Of a DNA stretch of 64,000 bases, positions 1 to 10,429 are shown piece after piece. A model generated the notes under the pieces. It saw only the letters and a program-made list of their open reading frames with translations. It was not told the origin of the DNA and made no database searches. This stretch comes from an uncultured bacterium (GTDB taxonomy: Bacteria; Cloacimonadota; Cloacimonadia; Cloacimonadales; TCS61). The translations under genes were made by a program, and so were the position numbers. How positions within the stretch are numbered: the stretch's first letter is position 1; each line of letters opens with the position of its first letter. The stretch is from contig CBDUTJ010000003.1 of the NCBI GenBank assembly GCA_965370415.1, positions 22,165 through 86,164 of the forward strand. Direction: 5' to 3'.

Positions 1-795
1 ACCGAAGAGGAACAATATAATATCTATAAAAAAATAGCTGAGACGTTAGCTCCCGAACCGGTTATCATCCGCACAATAGATGTTGGAGGAGATAAACTTT
101 CCAGTATTTTGAATATTGTTCATGAAGAAAATCCCAACCTGGGATTTAGAGGTATCAGAATATCACTGGAAAATATCCCGATCTTCCAAAGGCAGATACG
201 TGCCATTTTACGTGCCAACAGCAAAGGAAATATAAAAATTATGTTCCCGATGATATCTGGTGTGGAAGAAATTTTACAGGTTAAAAAGATTATTGAAGAA
301 TGCAAGAACGAACTGAAAAAAAAGAAAATAGACTTCTGCAAAGATATCGAAATAGGCGCTATGATCGAGGTTCCTTCTGCCGTTATAACATCAGATGCTC
401 TGGCGAAAGAGTGTGATTTTCTTAGTATCGGAACAAATGATCTGGTTCAGTACCTCCTGGCAGTGGATCGCGACAACGAATCGATCTCTTCCTACTATAA
501 ATCGTGCCATCCTTCGGTACTCAAAGCTATAAAACAGACTGTAGATAATGCTCATTCTAAAGGCGTTAAGGTGGCTGTTTGCGGAGAGATGGCTTCGGAT
601 ATTCAATTCATAAAGCTATTGTTGGGCTTAGGAGTTGATGAACTTAGTGTGAGTCCAGGTAGAATTTTAATGACCAAAAATGAGATAATTAATTGCGACG
701 TACAGAAATGGGCAGAACTGGCAGAAGAATTAATGGAATTAAAAACTTCCGATGAAATTTGTGAGAGACTTAATGACAGAAAAAACTGTGAGTAA
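1..795 (+). CDS. ptsI: PEP-protein phosphotransferase (PTS enzyme I), C-terminal part; 5' truncated by the window edge
   Basis: Frame open from base 1 (TEEEQY...IIRTIDVGGDK); motifs EENPNLGFRGIR, MIEVPSA, SIGTNDLVQY, VCGEMA. Confidence 0.95.
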   Translation, partial: TEEEQYNIYKKIAETLAPEPVIIRTIDVGGDKLSSILNIVHEENPNLGFRGIRISLENIPIFQRQIRAILRANSKGNIKIMFPMISGVEEILQVKKIIEECKNELKKKKIDFCKDIEIGAMIEVPSAVITSDALAKECDFLSIGTNDLVQYLLAVDRDNESISSYYKSCHPSVLKAIKQTVDNAHSKGVKVAVCGEMASDIQFIKLLLGLGVDELSVSPGRILMTKNEIINCDVQKWAELAEELMELKTSDEICERLNDRKNCE

Positions 796-1843
796 ACTTG
801 ATAATATTGAAAAAATGAAGCAGCTTGATTCTGATGATATGTACCATAAGATCATCATGATACCAGAGCAAATAATTAAAGCTTATTTTAAGCCACAATT
901 GAAAACACCAAAAGGGTTTTCTGGTCTTCAACTAAACAAAATTAATAAAGTTGTGATCTGCGGTATGGGCGGGTCTGCAATTTCCGGTGATATTGCCAGA
1001 TCTGCTTTTGGCACTAAAATTCCTTTTGAAGTTGTAAAAGACTATCATATTCCTTACCTGGATGAGAATACTCTGGTTATTGTTCTGAGTTATTCTGGGA
1101 ATACAGAAGAAACACTTAGCTGTTTACAGCAGGCTTTGCAAAGTGCAAAGTTTATTGGCGCTATTACATCTGGAGGAAAGGTAAAGCAACTGATCGATGT
1201 AGATCATTGTTGGATCGAACTGCCATCAGGTTTACCTCCACGAAGTGCAATTGGATATTTATTTTTTTCTCTAATGAAGATCCTTGAGACCTTTAAGATC
1301 ATTCCAGACCACACAAAGCAGGTTAGATCTGTAGTAGCAAACCTGGTAAAAAAAGCAGGAGCAATCGCTGATTCTGTACCGGAGGAAATGAACATTGCCA
1401 AATTCGCTGCCGGTAAGATCGAAGGTAAAATTCCTATTGTTTATACTTCAAATCCTCAGCTTGCACCATTGGGATACAGGTGGAAATGCCAATTTAATGA
1501 AAATGCCAAATATCCTGCCTTCCATCATACTTTCCCAGAAATGAACCATAATGAAATTGAAGGTTGGGAAGCAGATGATTTCAGGGATAAGTTCGTTCCT
1601 ATAATATTAAGCAAATTCAAAGAAGCGCCAAAGTATCAAAAAAGGATTAATGCTTTCAGAGATATTCTGCGACGATCTGATATCGATTTCCTTGAATATT
1701 ATGCAGAAGGTTCTTCGCTGGTGGAAGAGATTTTTTCTCTTATTTATCTGGGTGATATGATCAGTTTTTACCTGGGAATATTGCGAGGTGTGAACCCAAC
1801 AAGTATTGAGTATATTGATTATTTGAAAAAGAAAATACAATAA
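788..1843 (+). CDS. bifunctional phosphoglucose/phosphomannose isomerase (SIS domain)
   Basis: [41 protein letters not shown]; likely GTG start at 788 overlapping the ptsI end (ORF track start 752). Confidence 0.9.
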   Translation: MSKLDNIEKMKQLDSDDMYHKIIMIPEQIIKAYFKPQLKTPKGFSGLQLNKINKVVICGMGGSAISGDIARSAFGTKIPFEVVKDYHIPYLDENTLVIVLSYSGNTEETLSCLQQALQSAKFIGAITSGGKVKQLIDVDHCWIELPSGLPPRSAIGYLFFSLMKILETFKIIPDHTKQVRSVVANLVKKAGAIADSVPEEMNIAKFAAGKIEGKIPIVYTSNPQLAPLGYRWKCQFNENAKYPAFHHTFPEMNHNEIEGWEADDFRDKFVPIILSKFKEAPKYQKRINAFRDILRRSDIDFLEYYAEGSSLVEEIFSLIYLGDMISFYLGILRGVNPTSIEYIDYLKKKIQ

Positions 1844-1854
1844 GAGGATTAAAT

Positions 1855-3015
1855 ATGTTGAAAGGTAAATATCTCTTTACATCCGAATCTGTTACGGAAG
1901 GTCATCCTGATAAAATGGCTGATCAGATATCTGATGCTATATTAGATGCAATACTGGAGCAGGATCCCGATGGACGCGTAGCCTGCGAAACTTTTCTTAC
2001 AACAGGAATGGCTGTAGTTGGAGGGGAAATAACCACTACCTGCTATGTGGATATTCCCGGAATCGTTCGTAAAACTATCAAGGATATTGGTTATACTAAT
2101 GTAGATTATGGAATATGTTATAAAACCTGCGCTGTAATAACAACGATCGATAATCAATCCAAAGATATTGCGATAGGTATAGACGAGACAAATAGTCATG
2201 CTCAAGGTGCTGGTGATCAGGGAATGATGTTCGGATATGCATGTATTGAAACTAAAGAATTAATGCCAATGCCAATCTCTCTGGCTCATAAGCTTTCCCA
2301 AAGGCTGGCAAAGGTAAGAAAAGAAAAAATTATTGATTACCTGCGTCCTGATGGAAAAACACAAGTCACTGTGGAATATTTCGATAAACAACCGGTAAGA
2401 GTGGAAGCTATAGTAGTATCTACACAGCATCATCCCGAAGTGAATCATGATCAAATTGAGAAAGATATTTTAGAGCATGTAATAAAACCAATCATTCCTG
2501 CTGAACTGCTGGATGAGAAAACTAAAATACTTATTAATCCGACAGGCCGTTTTGTTGCCGGTGGTCCGCAAGCTGATACAGGTCTTACTGGCAGAAAAAT
2601 AATTGTAGATACTTATGGTGGAAAGGGTAGTCATGGTGGCGGAGCATTTTCCGGAAAGGATCCATCTAAAGTAGATAGAAGTGCTTCCTACATAGCACGC
2701 TATATTGCCAAAAATGTAGTTGCTGCTAAACTTGCCAAAGAATGTGAAGTACAGATCGCTTATGCTATTGGTATGGCAGAACCTGTTTCCGTAATGGTTC
2801 GTACATTCGGTACTGGAACATTGGAAGATGATAAACTTAACGATATTGTGCGCAAAGTTTTTCCACTTGCACCAAAGAGAATTATCGATCATCTTAAACT
2901 TAAACGTCCTATCTATCAAAAAACGGCTGCTTATGGGCATTTTGGTCGTGAACTACCAGAATTCACCTGGGAAAGAACTGATATGGTAGAAAAATTAGTG
3001 GAATTAACAAAATAA
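1855..3015 (+). CDS. metK: S-adenosylmethionine synthetase
   Basis: [44 protein letters not shown]. Confidence 0.98.
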   Translation: MLKGKYLFTSESVTEGHPDKMADQISDAILDAILEQDPDGRVACETFLTTGMAVVGGEITTTCYVDIPGIVRKTIKDIGYTNVDYGICYKTCAVITTIDNQSKDIAIGIDETNSHAQGAGDQGMMFGYACIETKELMPMPISLAHKLSQRLAKVRKEKIIDYLRPDGKTQVTVEYFDKQPVRVEAIVVSTQHHPEVNHDQIEKDILEHVIKPIIPAELLDEKTKILINPTGRFVAGGPQADTGLTGRKIIVDTYGGKGSHGGGAFSGKDPSKVDRSASYIARYIAKNVVAAKLAKECEVQIAYAIGMAEPVSVMVRTFGTGTLEDDKLNDIVRKVFPLAPKRIIDHLKLKRPIYQKTAAYGHFGRELPEFTWERTDMVEKLVELTK

Positions 3016-3077
3016 TTACAAAAGAGAATTGTTATTCAGAACATATCAATATCTTATCCTTTTAATATGGAATAACC

Positions 3078-4349
3078 ATGTTAAGAAACGATCAAAATAA
3101 ATTGAAATTACTCCGCTCCGATGCATTATACATTATTCAAAAGTCAATTAAATCTGTTCTGCCTGATGAAGCAGTTGAAGCTGCTTTGAAGAATTTCCAT
3201 ACAGAGGGGAAAATAATTCTTGTTGCCATAGGTAAAGCTGCCTGGCGTATGGCTTTTGCAGCTAAGAAAGTTCTGGGTGCCAGGATCGAAGATGGAATTG
3301 TAATAACAAAATACGATCATTCTCAAGGTGATATCGAAGGATTGGAAGTATGGGAAGCTGGACATCCGTTCCCGGATGAAAACTCTATTAAAGCAACAAA
3401 CTGTGCCTTGGAAAAGGTGAAGAATCTTACTGATAAAGATATTGTCCTGTTTTTAGTTTCCGGGGGTGGTTCTACACTTTTTGAACAACCTTTACCAAGT
3501 GTTTCTTTAAATGATATTACTGTTATTTATGACCGGCTTCTTAGATCCGGAGCTGGTATTGTAGAAACGAACACGATCAGGAAACATCTTTCATCGGTTA
3601 AGGGTGGTCGTTTTGCTCAGCTTATTCATCCAGCTAAGGTTTATACTCTGGCTTTGTCGGATGTTTTAGGGGATCATCTGGATGCAATAGCTTCCGGACC
3701 TGCTTATCCGGATTCAAGCACAAGCGATCAAGCTCTGGAGATCATAAAAAAATACGATCTTTCAATTAATGATAATATTAAAGACTTTCTGAGAATTGAA
3801 ACACCAAAAAACCTGGATAACGTAGAAGCAAAGATCATAGGCAGCGTAAAGCAAGTTTGTAATAATGCTGCATTGATAGCAAGAGAGAAAGGATACACTC
3901 CACTTATTTTAACCACAACATTAGATTGTGAAGCAAAACATGCAGGCAAATTCATTGCTTCCATCGCTAGAGAAATAAAGTCATTCAAAACTCCTATGAA
4001 AACACCTTGTGCGGTAATTATCGGTGGTGAAACAGTAGTAAATGTACAAGGCGATGGGAAAGGAGGTCGCAACCAGGAAGTGGTATTAAGTGCAGCTTCA
4101 GGTATCAGTGACCTGGAAAATGTTGTAGTTATTTCCATTGGAACAGATGGCATCGACGGTTCTACAGATGCTGCCGGGGGAGTAGTGGATAACACAACTG
4201 TAAAACGATTATCTCAAGTCGGTATAGAAGTTGATCAAATTCTAAAAAATAACGATTCTTACACTGCATTAAAAGAAATAGGGGATCTGGTTATTACAGG
4301 TCCAACAGGGACTAATGTGAATGATCTTACTATTTTATTAATATATTAG
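3078..4349 (+). CDS. glycerate 2-kinase (MOFRL family)
   Basis: IGKAAWRMA, GHPFPD, SGGGS, KGGRFA, GGETVV...GGRNQE, GTDGIDG, TGPTGTNVND. Confidence 0.92.
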   Translation: MLRNDQNKLKLLRSDALYIIQKSIKSVLPDEAVEAALKNFHTEGKIILVAIGKAAWRMAFAAKKVLGARIEDGIVITKYDHSQGDIEGLEVWEAGHPFPDENSIKATNCALEKVKNLTDKDIVLFLVSGGGSTLFEQPLPSVSLNDITVIYDRLLRSGAGIVETNTIRKHLSSVKGGRFAQLIHPAKVYTLALSDVLGDHLDAIASGPAYPDSSTSDQALEIIKKYDLSINDNIKDFLRIETPKNLDNVEAKIIGSVKQVCNNAALIAREKGYTPLILTTTLDCEAKHAGKFIASIAREIKSFKTPMKTPCAVIIGGETVVNVQGDGKGGRNQEVVLSAASGISDLENVVVISIGTDGIDGSTDAAGGVVDNTTVKRLSQVGIEVDQILKNNDSYTALKEIGDLVITGPTGTNVNDLTILLIY

Positions 4350-4491
4350 AAGAAATATTAAAGAAATTATTTAAATAATTTGACCATTTTCTTGTATAAT
4401 TTTTTTTGGTAAAGCAAGTCAGAGGTAAATATTTTTCCGAAAGATTCTGTAAAAAAAATCTCGAACTGAATTCTAAACCGGGAACGGGTGT

Positions 4492-5415
4492 ATGCGTAAG
4501 AGATTGAAAATTAAGTTTTTAGGTATCGAAGTCAATTCACCGCTTGTTTTACCAGCAGGCATTATGGATATGTCATTTTCAGGATTGGATATCTCTGCCA
4601 AAAATGGTGCCGGAATAGTAACAAGCAAATCCTTAACTCTCGAACCAAGATTGGGGCATAAAGGGCCGGTCGTAGCGGAATTTGAAAGTGGACTTTTGAA
4701 CGCAATGGGATTGTGTAATCCCGGAATTGTGGATGGACTTACCGAGGTAAACCAATTTAAAGAACGCTCTGATACACCTGTTATCGTGAGCGTTTTTGCT
4801 ACTAATGCAGATGATTTTTCCGAATTGACAAAATATGTGAACAAATCCAAAGGTGAGTTCCTGGAATTAAATCTTTCCTGTCCGAATGTATTTGATGAAT
4901 TCGGAATTCCTCTAGCTGCTTCAAAAGATGAAGTCTTCAAAATAGTTAAAGCAGTAAAAATAATTTCCAGTCTTCCTGTTATTGCCAAATTGTCTCCAAA
5001 TGTTTACGATATTGTTTCAATTGCAAAAGCTGCTGAAAAAGCCGGAGCAGATGCACTTTGTATGATAAATACTGTGGGACCAGGAATGATCATCGATACA
5101 AAAATGGTAAAGCCAGTATTGTTCAATAAATTTGGAGGACTTTCAGGTCCATGTATTAAACCGATAGCACTTAAATTGATATACCAAACTTATTCTGCTG
5201 TAAACATTCCAATAATTGGCATGGGTGGAGTGACTATAGGAGAGGATGCAATTGAAATGATCATGGCAGGTGCAACACTGGTTGGAGTTGGTACTGCTGT
5301 ATGTTATCGGGGAATCGAAGTCTTTAATAAGATCAATCGGGAAATCATTGAATTTATGGATGAGAATGATTATGAAAATTTAAGTGAAATTCCCAAACTG
5401 GAGAAATTGAAATGA
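4492..5415 (+). CDS. pyrD: dihydroorotate dehydrogenase, family 1B catalytic subunit
   Basis: NAMGLCNPG, ELNLSCPNV, KLSPNV, GGLSGPCIKP, GMGGV; adjacent pyrK. Confidence 0.95.
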   Translation: MRKRLKIKFLGIEVNSPLVLPAGIMDMSFSGLDISAKNGAGIVTSKSLTLEPRLGHKGPVVAEFESGLLNAMGLCNPGIVDGLTEVNQFKERSDTPVIVSVFATNADDFSELTKYVNKSKGEFLELNLSCPNVFDEFGIPLAASKDEVFKIVKAVKIISSLPVIAKLSPNVYDIVSIAKAAEKAGADALCMINTVGPGMIIDTKMVKPVLFNKFGGLSGPCIKPIALKLIYQTYSAVNIPIIGMGGVTIGEDAIEMIMAGATLVGVGTAVCYRGIEVFNKINREIIEFMDENDYENLSEIPKLEKLK

Positions 5416-5428
5416 CTCTATTCATACG

Positions 5429-5514
5429 TCTCGTTACGAAGTTGCACTTCGTAACGAGATTGGTAGCGAAGTTCAACTTCGCGAAAAATCATATTCCCAA
5501 GTTCAACTTGGGAA
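5429..5514. repeat. three tandem REP-like hairpins
   Basis: tctcgttacgaagt-tgc-acttcgtaacgaga (5429-5459), gcgaagtt-c-aacttcgc (5466-5482), ttcccaagtt-c-aacttgggaa (5494-5514); shared AAGTTnnACTT core. Confidence 0.85.
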
Positions 5515-5543
5515 CAAGCAGAAACTATTAATAGTTGGATTGT

Positions 5544-6362
5544 ATGAATAAACGAGTAACTCTGAAAATCGCTGAAATAGAAAAAGAAACCAGTGATATA
5601 AAAACTTATTCATTCAGACATTCACTAAATGCAAAGCCCGGACAGTTCATCATGCTCACGGATTTCGAGGGTGATGAAAAACCATTCTCCATTTCAGATT
5701 GTACAAAAGATGAATTTTCCATAACTGTAAAAAGAATTGGTGAATTCACTTCCCGCCTTTTCCAAAAAAGAGTGGGTGATTATGTATCTATAAGAGGAGC
5801 GTTCGGTTCCTCTTTTTTTGTATCTAAAGGGAAAGTTCTGTTAATAGGCGGAGGTTATGCTGTTCCTACTTTTTATTTTTTATCAAAAGTTCTAAAGGAA
5901 AAGAGGACAGAAGTTACATTGATAAATGGAGCACGAACAAAAAATGAACACTTATTTTCAGAAAAATTCAGCGAACTAGGAATTAAAGTGATCAATGCTA
6001 CAGATGACGGGACTTATGGAGAAAAAGGAACTTCGGTGGATATTGCAAAGAGAATGCTGAATCTTCATTCCCAAGCTTGGGCTTGGGAACGAGAAAATGG
6101 GAAAATGTTCGACTTTGTTTATGCTTCCGGTCCGGAAATGATGATGAAAGCTTTGCAGCCATTTTTAAAAGATTACAATTATGAGTTCCTGTTTGAACGT
6201 TATATGAAATGTGCAATTGGAATTTGCGGGAATTGTACAATGGATCCTTTGGGTATTCGACTTTGTGTGGAAGGTCCAGTCCTTCCAAAAAAACTGGTTG
6301 AACAACTTACGGAATTTGGTAAATATCATCGTGATGCAACAGGGAAAAGGATAAGATATTGA
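5544..6362 (+). CDS. pyrK: dihydroorotate dehydrogenase electron-transfer subunit
   Basis: KPGQFIML, EKPFSI, ERYMKCAIGICGNC...LCVEGPV 2Fe-2S motif; ATG 5544. Confidence 0.92.
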   Translation: MNKRVTLKIAEIEKETSDIKTYSFRHSLNAKPGQFIMLTDFEGDEKPFSISDCTKDEFSITVKRIGEFTSRLFQKRVGDYVSIRGAFGSSFFVSKGKVLLIGGGYAVPTFYFLSKVLKEKRTEVTLINGARTKNEHLFSEKFSELGIKVINATDDGTYGEKGTSVDIAKRMLNLHSQAWAWERENGKMFDFVYASGPEMMMKALQPFLKDYNYEFLFERYMKCAIGICGNCTMDPLGIRLCVEGPVLPKKLVEQLTEFGKYHRDATGKRIRY

Positions 6363-6388
6363 AAATTGAATATTGTAAATTTAATATT

Positions 6389-6417
6389 AACCACAGAGTT
6401 CACAGAGAGCACGGAGG
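6389..6417 (+). repeat. 9-nt-periodic 'accacagag/cacggag' repeat arm (left orientation)
   Basis: aaccacagagttcacagagagcacggagg; near reverse complement of the arms at 7807, 9452, 24895, 26418. Confidence 0.85.
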
Positions 6418-6480
6418 AAATGTAGCTCGAACAGCTTGTTCAAGAAATGAACGATCAATGCTGATCGTTTTACAGAAAAC

Positions 6481-7767
6481 ATGAAAACATTATTAAAGAA
6501 TTGTAAACTTATCGAAGGTGTAAAAAGCATCTTTATCGAAGATGATAAAACAGTTGATGTATATTCGAGTCATAAGAAACAACGACTCGAGGCAGACTTC
6601 GATCAAATTATAGATATTAAAGGCAATCTTGTAATTCCAGGTGTTATCGATCCTCATGTACACGTTCGGGATTTACAGCAAGCTTATAAAGAAGATTGGA
6701 AAACAGCTTCAATGTCTGCTTTAGCAGGAGGAGTTACAACTATCTTCGATATGCCAAATACGATCCCTGCCACTATAAATTTGAAGAATCTGAATATTAA
6801 AAGAAAAGCTGCTGAAAAGAGTTTAGTAAATTATAAGTTTTTTATCGGAGCTACTAATTCAAATATAAAAAATATAGAAGAAATTCTGAGTGAAGAACCA
6901 TCTGATGTTGCAGGAATAAAAATCTTTTTAGCTGCTTCCAACTCAAATGAAATTATAGAAGATCGTAATTTACTAAAGCAGATATTTAAGATTGCAAAAC
7001 AACATGATAAAGTAGTAGTAGTTCATACTGAACTTCAAGAACTTCTGGATAAATGGCAACAAAGATTACCCTATAATAACATCCTGAAACACAACGCAAT
7101 ACGAAACCGGCAATGCGCAATTAAGGGAACGGAATTTGTTCTGAAGCTGTCTGAAAATATTGGAAACAAAATTTATATTGCTCACGTTTCTACATTTGAA
7201 GAGATCGAATTAATAAAAAAATACAAATGTAACAATCAGGTTTATTGTGAGATTACACCGCACCATTTACTTTTGAACGAAACGATTCTCAAGAAAGCCG
7301 GAAATTTCGGAAAAGTAAATCCACCATTGCGATCTGAAAAGGACAATGAAGCCCTGTGGCAGGCGATTAATGATGGAATTGCAGATACGATAGGAACAGA
7401 TCACGCACCGCATACAATCGAAGAAAAACAGCAAGAATATGAAAAAGCTCCATCCGGTTTTCCGGGATTGGAAACTTGTTTACCCCTTCTTTTGAATGAA
7501 GTTAATAAGAAAAACCTGACAATTAAGAAACTCATAGAACTCACGAGTAATAATCCTGCAAAGATTTTCCAATTGGAAAAAAGAGGAGAAATCAAAGTCG
7601 GTAACTATGCTGATTTAACTATAATCGATATGAATAAAAAATGGAAGATAAATACATCAGTTTTTAGATCAAAAGCAAAATATTCACCATTTAATGGAAT
7701 GGAAGTAAAAGGAGAGGTTATGATGACTTTTGTGAATGGGAAAAGATATAATTTTTGTGAAAGATGA
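6481..7767 (+). CDS. pyrC: dihydroorotase
   Basis: PGVIDPHVHVRD, DMPNT, CEITPHHL, KVNPPLR, GTDHAPH. Confidence 0.95.
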   Translation: MKTLLKNCKLIEGVKSIFIEDDKTVDVYSSHKKQRLEADFDQIIDIKGNLVIPGVIDPHVHVRDLQQAYKEDWKTASMSALAGGVTTIFDMPNTIPATINLKNLNIKRKAAEKSLVNYKFFIGATNSNIKNIEEILSEEPSDVAGIKIFLAASNSNEIIEDRNLLKQIFKIAKQHDKVVVVHTELQELLDKWQQRLPYNNILKHNAIRNRQCAIKGTEFVLKLSENIGNKIYIAHVSTFEEIELIKKYKCNNQVYCEITPHHLLLNETILKKAGNFGKVNPPLRSEKDNEALWQAINDGIADTIGTDHAPHTIEEKQQEYEKAPSGFPGLETCLPLLLNEVNKKNLTIKKLIELTSNNPAKIFQLEKRGEIKVGNYADLTIIDMNKKWKINTSVFRSKAKYSPFNGMEVKGEVMMTFVNGKRYNFCER

Positions 7768-7797
7768 ATATCCAATATCGAACACGGAATTTCCAAT
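7764..7797 (+). repeat. 34-bp direct repeat, copy 1 (copy 2 at 9362-9395)
   Basis: atgaatatccaatatcgaacacggaatttccaat vs atgaatatccaatatcgaacaaggaatttacaat, 2 mismatches. Confidence 0.9.
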
Positions 7798-7806
7798 AAT
7801 AAAGTT

Positions 7807-7835
7807 TCTCTGTGCTCTCCGTGTGCTCTGTGGTA
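7807..7835 (-). repeat. 9-nt-periodic repeat arm (right orientation)
   Basis: tctctgtgctctccgtgtgctctgtggta. Confidence 0.85.
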
Positions 7836-7842
7836 AAAAAAT

Positions 7843-7872
7843 CCGGCTTCGTAAAACTACGCCGTGACAAGG
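7843..7872 (-). repeat. 30-bp palindromic micro-element, reverse orientation
   Basis: Reverse complement ccttgtcacggcgtagttttacgaagccgg resembles the copies at 26433, 37077, 37160. Confidence 0.7.
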
Positions 7873-7883
7873 GAGAAAATATA

Positions 7884-9257
7884 ATGACAAAAGAACAATT
7901 TATTCTTGAACTTCAAAGAATAGGAGCGATAAAGTTCGGTAGCTTCACATTGAAGAGCGGGCTCGTGTCCCCGTTCTATTTCGATTTGAGAGATATGATT
8001 TCTTACCCTGAACTTCTGGATGGTGTTTCCGACCTGCTGGCTGAAAAGATCAAAGATATGAAATTCGATGTATTAACGGGAATTCCATACACAGCGCTTC
8101 CTGTAGCATCGCTGGTAGCTTCCAAACTGAAAAAACCGCTGGTGTATATGCGCAAAGAAGAAAAAGCTTATGGCACAGGAAAGAACATCATTGGCAAGTT
8201 CAAAGAAGGAGAAAAATGCCTGGTGATAGACGATCTGATAACAACGGGAACCAGTAAGATCGAAACTGCAGAAGCATATGAAAAAGAAGGCGTTATCATT
8301 AAAGATTTCGTTGTGGTGATAGATCGAAGTGCAAATGGTGAAGAAGAATTGGCAAAAAGGGGATATGAGCTTCACAGTCTGATAAGTCTGGATAAGATTT
8401 TGGGATTACTACAGAATAGGAATTTGATCTCCGATAAAAAAGTAAAGGAAGTAAGAGATTTTACTGCAAGTATTTCCAAGCCAAAAGAAGAAGAAAAAGA
8501 AATTTCCAATCCATTGACACAAAAGCTGTTGGCAAAGATCAAAGCAAAAAGATCGAACCTCGTTCTTTCGTTGGATGTTACTTCTCAGAAAGTGTTCTTT
8601 GGGATATTGGATGAAGTTGGTCCTGAAATTGTGATGCTGAAAACACACGTGGACATTTTGGATGACTATGATGAGAATTTTGTTCCCAAATTGCAGGAAT
8701 ACGCACGCAAGTACGGTTTTCTCATCTTCGAAGACCGTAAGTTTGCTGACATTGGAAATACAGTCCGTAAACAGTTCCGCAGCGGAATTTATAAAATCGC
8801 AGATTGGGCAGAATATGTTACAGTTCACATGGTAGCAGGTGAAAGCATTCTGAAAGGTCTTTTTGACGGGATCGAAGGTAGGAGTTCGTTCATTTTAGCA
8901 CGGATGAGTTCCAAAGGTAATTTGATAAATGAGACATATTCTCGTAAATGCTTTGAAATTGCTAGAAGAAATCCAATGCTTGTATCTGGTTTTATTGGGC
9001 ATGGAAAAAACGTTGAAGATATTAAATGCTTTAAAGCAAAATTCCCACCGGGAATGCTGTTACTAATGCCTGGTGTTAAATTGGAAAAGGGTTCGGATTC
9101 CATGGGACAACAATACATCACAGTGGAAGAAGCTGTTCAGGGTGGTGCAGATTGCATCATTGTGGGACGTGGAATCTATGGGAATGAGAATCCGGGTGAA
9201 ATTGCTAAAATATATCGAGAAAGAGCCTGGAAAGAATATATTAAATTGAATATTTAA
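7884..9257 (+). CDS. pyrE/pyrF: bifunctional orotate phosphoribosyltransferase / OMP decarboxylase (UMP synthase-like PyrE-PyrF fusion)
   Basis: N-terminal FTLKSGLVSPFYFDLR, VIDDLITTG; C-terminal KTHVDIL, FEDRKFADIGNTV, IIVGRGIY; ATG 7884 after GGGAG RBS. Confidence 0.95.
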   Translation: MTKEQFILELQRIGAIKFGSFTLKSGLVSPFYFDLRDMISYPELLDGVSDLLAEKIKDMKFDVLTGIPYTALPVASLVASKLKKPLVYMRKEEKAYGTGKNIIGKFKEGEKCLVIDDLITTGTSKIETAEAYEKEGVIIKDFVVVIDRSANGEEELAKRGYELHSLISLDKILGLLQNRNLISDKKVKEVRDFTASISKPKEEEKEISNPLTQKLLAKIKAKRSNLVLSLDVTSQKVFFGILDEVGPEIVMLKTHVDILDDYDENFVPKLQEYARKYGFLIFEDRKFADIGNTVRKQFRSGIYKIADWAEYVTVHMVAGESILKGLFDGIEGRSSFILARMSSKGNLINETYSRKCFEIARRNPMLVSGFIGHGKNVEDIKCFKAKFPPGMLLLMPGVKLEKGSDSMGQQYITVEEAVQGGADCIIVGRGIYGNENPGEIAKIYRERAWKEYIKLNI

Positions 9258-9361
9258 TATTGAAAAATGAATATTGGGACCACTGATGAGAGATTAAACA
9301 CTAAGATTGAACTTGACTCGCAACGAAGTGTGAGTTGAGAACAATCGCAGATGATGGAGAA

Positions 9362-9480
9362 ATGAATATCCAATATCGAACAAGGAATTTACAATGAAAC
9401 ACACCTCTCGACTAAAGTCGAACTCCAACACATAAGGTGTATGGAGATTTACTCCGTGTTCTCTATGAGCTCTGTGGTTA
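9362..9480. repeat. composite intergenic repeat: 34-bp repeat copy 2, small hairpins, right-orientation 9-nt arm
   Basis: 9362-9395 matches 7764-7797; 9452-9480 ctccgtgttctctatgagctctgtggtta. Confidence 0.8.
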
Positions 9481-9526
9481 GTTTTTTATTCGTTTTGTTA
9501 GTTGCAAAAATAAAAAAGGAGAAAAT

Positions 9527-10429
9527 ATGAAAAACCTGATCTCAATGAGAGATTTAAGTAAAAAAGAAATTTTGCATTTGATGAACATTGCCAGCAAGAT
9601 CGAGCAAGGAAAGATCGTTCCTGATATGCAAAGGAAACTGGCAGCGCTTTTATTCTTTGAGCCGTCCACCAGAACAATGTTCTCTTTCGATACGGCTATG
9701 AAACGTATGAACGGTGATACAATCATTATGAGTGGAACAGGTCAGACTTCGGTGAAAAAGGGTGAATCTTTTGCTGATACACTGCAAACTATCGCTCAAT
9801 ATTCAGATATCATAATCATGAGAAGTTCGATCGAAGGTTCTGCACGCTTTGCTTCCGAAGTAGTAGATATCCCGGTTGTAAATGCTGGAGATGGAGCTAA
9901 CCAGCATCCAACCCAGGCACTTCTCGATTTGTATTCTATCGTTAAAACACAGGGCACTTTAGAAAACTTATCGATTGGATTGGCAGGTGATCTGAGATTT
10001 GGCAGAACAGTTCACTCGCTGGCACAGGCAATGGCTGTTTTTAATGTAAAATTCAAATTCATATCTCCTTCTTTCCTGAAAATGCCCCAATACATTAATG
10101 AGGACTTGGAATTACAGGGAGTTGAATTTGAAGAGTATGAAAATATGGAAGGTAATATAGATAATTTGGATGTTCTTTATGTTACCAGAGTTCAGAAGGA
10201 ACGTTTTGCAGACCCGGAAGATTATGAAAAAGTGAAAGGTTCATATATACTGGAAAAATCGATGCTTTCCAAGGTGAAAGATAATTTCAAAGTAATGCAT
10301 CCGCTACCCAGGGTAGATGAAATCCATACAGATGTCGATAATACAGAATTTGCCTATTATTTTCCACAGGCAAAGAATGGAGTTTATACACGACAAGCCA
10401 TTATTTCAATTCTTTTAGGGGAGGTGTAA
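9527..10429 (+). CDS. pyrB: aspartate carbamoyltransferase catalytic subunit
   Basis: FFEPSTRT, NAGDGANQHPTQ, YVTRVQKERF, MHPLPR. Confidence 0.98.
   Translation: MKNLISMRDLSKKEILHLMNIASKIEQGKIVPDMQRKLAALLFFEPSTRTMFSFDTAMKRMNGDTIIMSGTGQTSVKKGESFADTLQTIAQYSDIIIMRSSIEGSARFASEVVDIPVVNAGDGANQHPTQALLDLYSIVKTQGTLENLSIGLAGDLRFGRTVHSLAQAMAVFNVKFKFISPSFLKMPQYINEDLELQGVEFEEYENMEGNIDNLDVLYVTRVQKERFADPEDYEKVKGSYILEKSMLSKVKDNFKVMHPLPRVDEIHTDVDNTEFAYYFPQAKNGVYTRQAIISILLGEV

Noticed and set aside
4380-4491. Possible riboswitch or PyrR attenuator ahead of the nucleotide cluster
   Set aside because: No recognisable ZTP, purine, PRPP or PyrR consensus and no terminator hairpin; an Rfam scan would be needed.
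7812-7883. N-terminal extension of PyrE-F in the ORF track
   Set aside because: It is translated repeat DNA; the RBS supports ATG 7884. Similar extensions at 19294 (purQ), 30155 (SIR2-like) and 37138 (acpS) were also trimmed.
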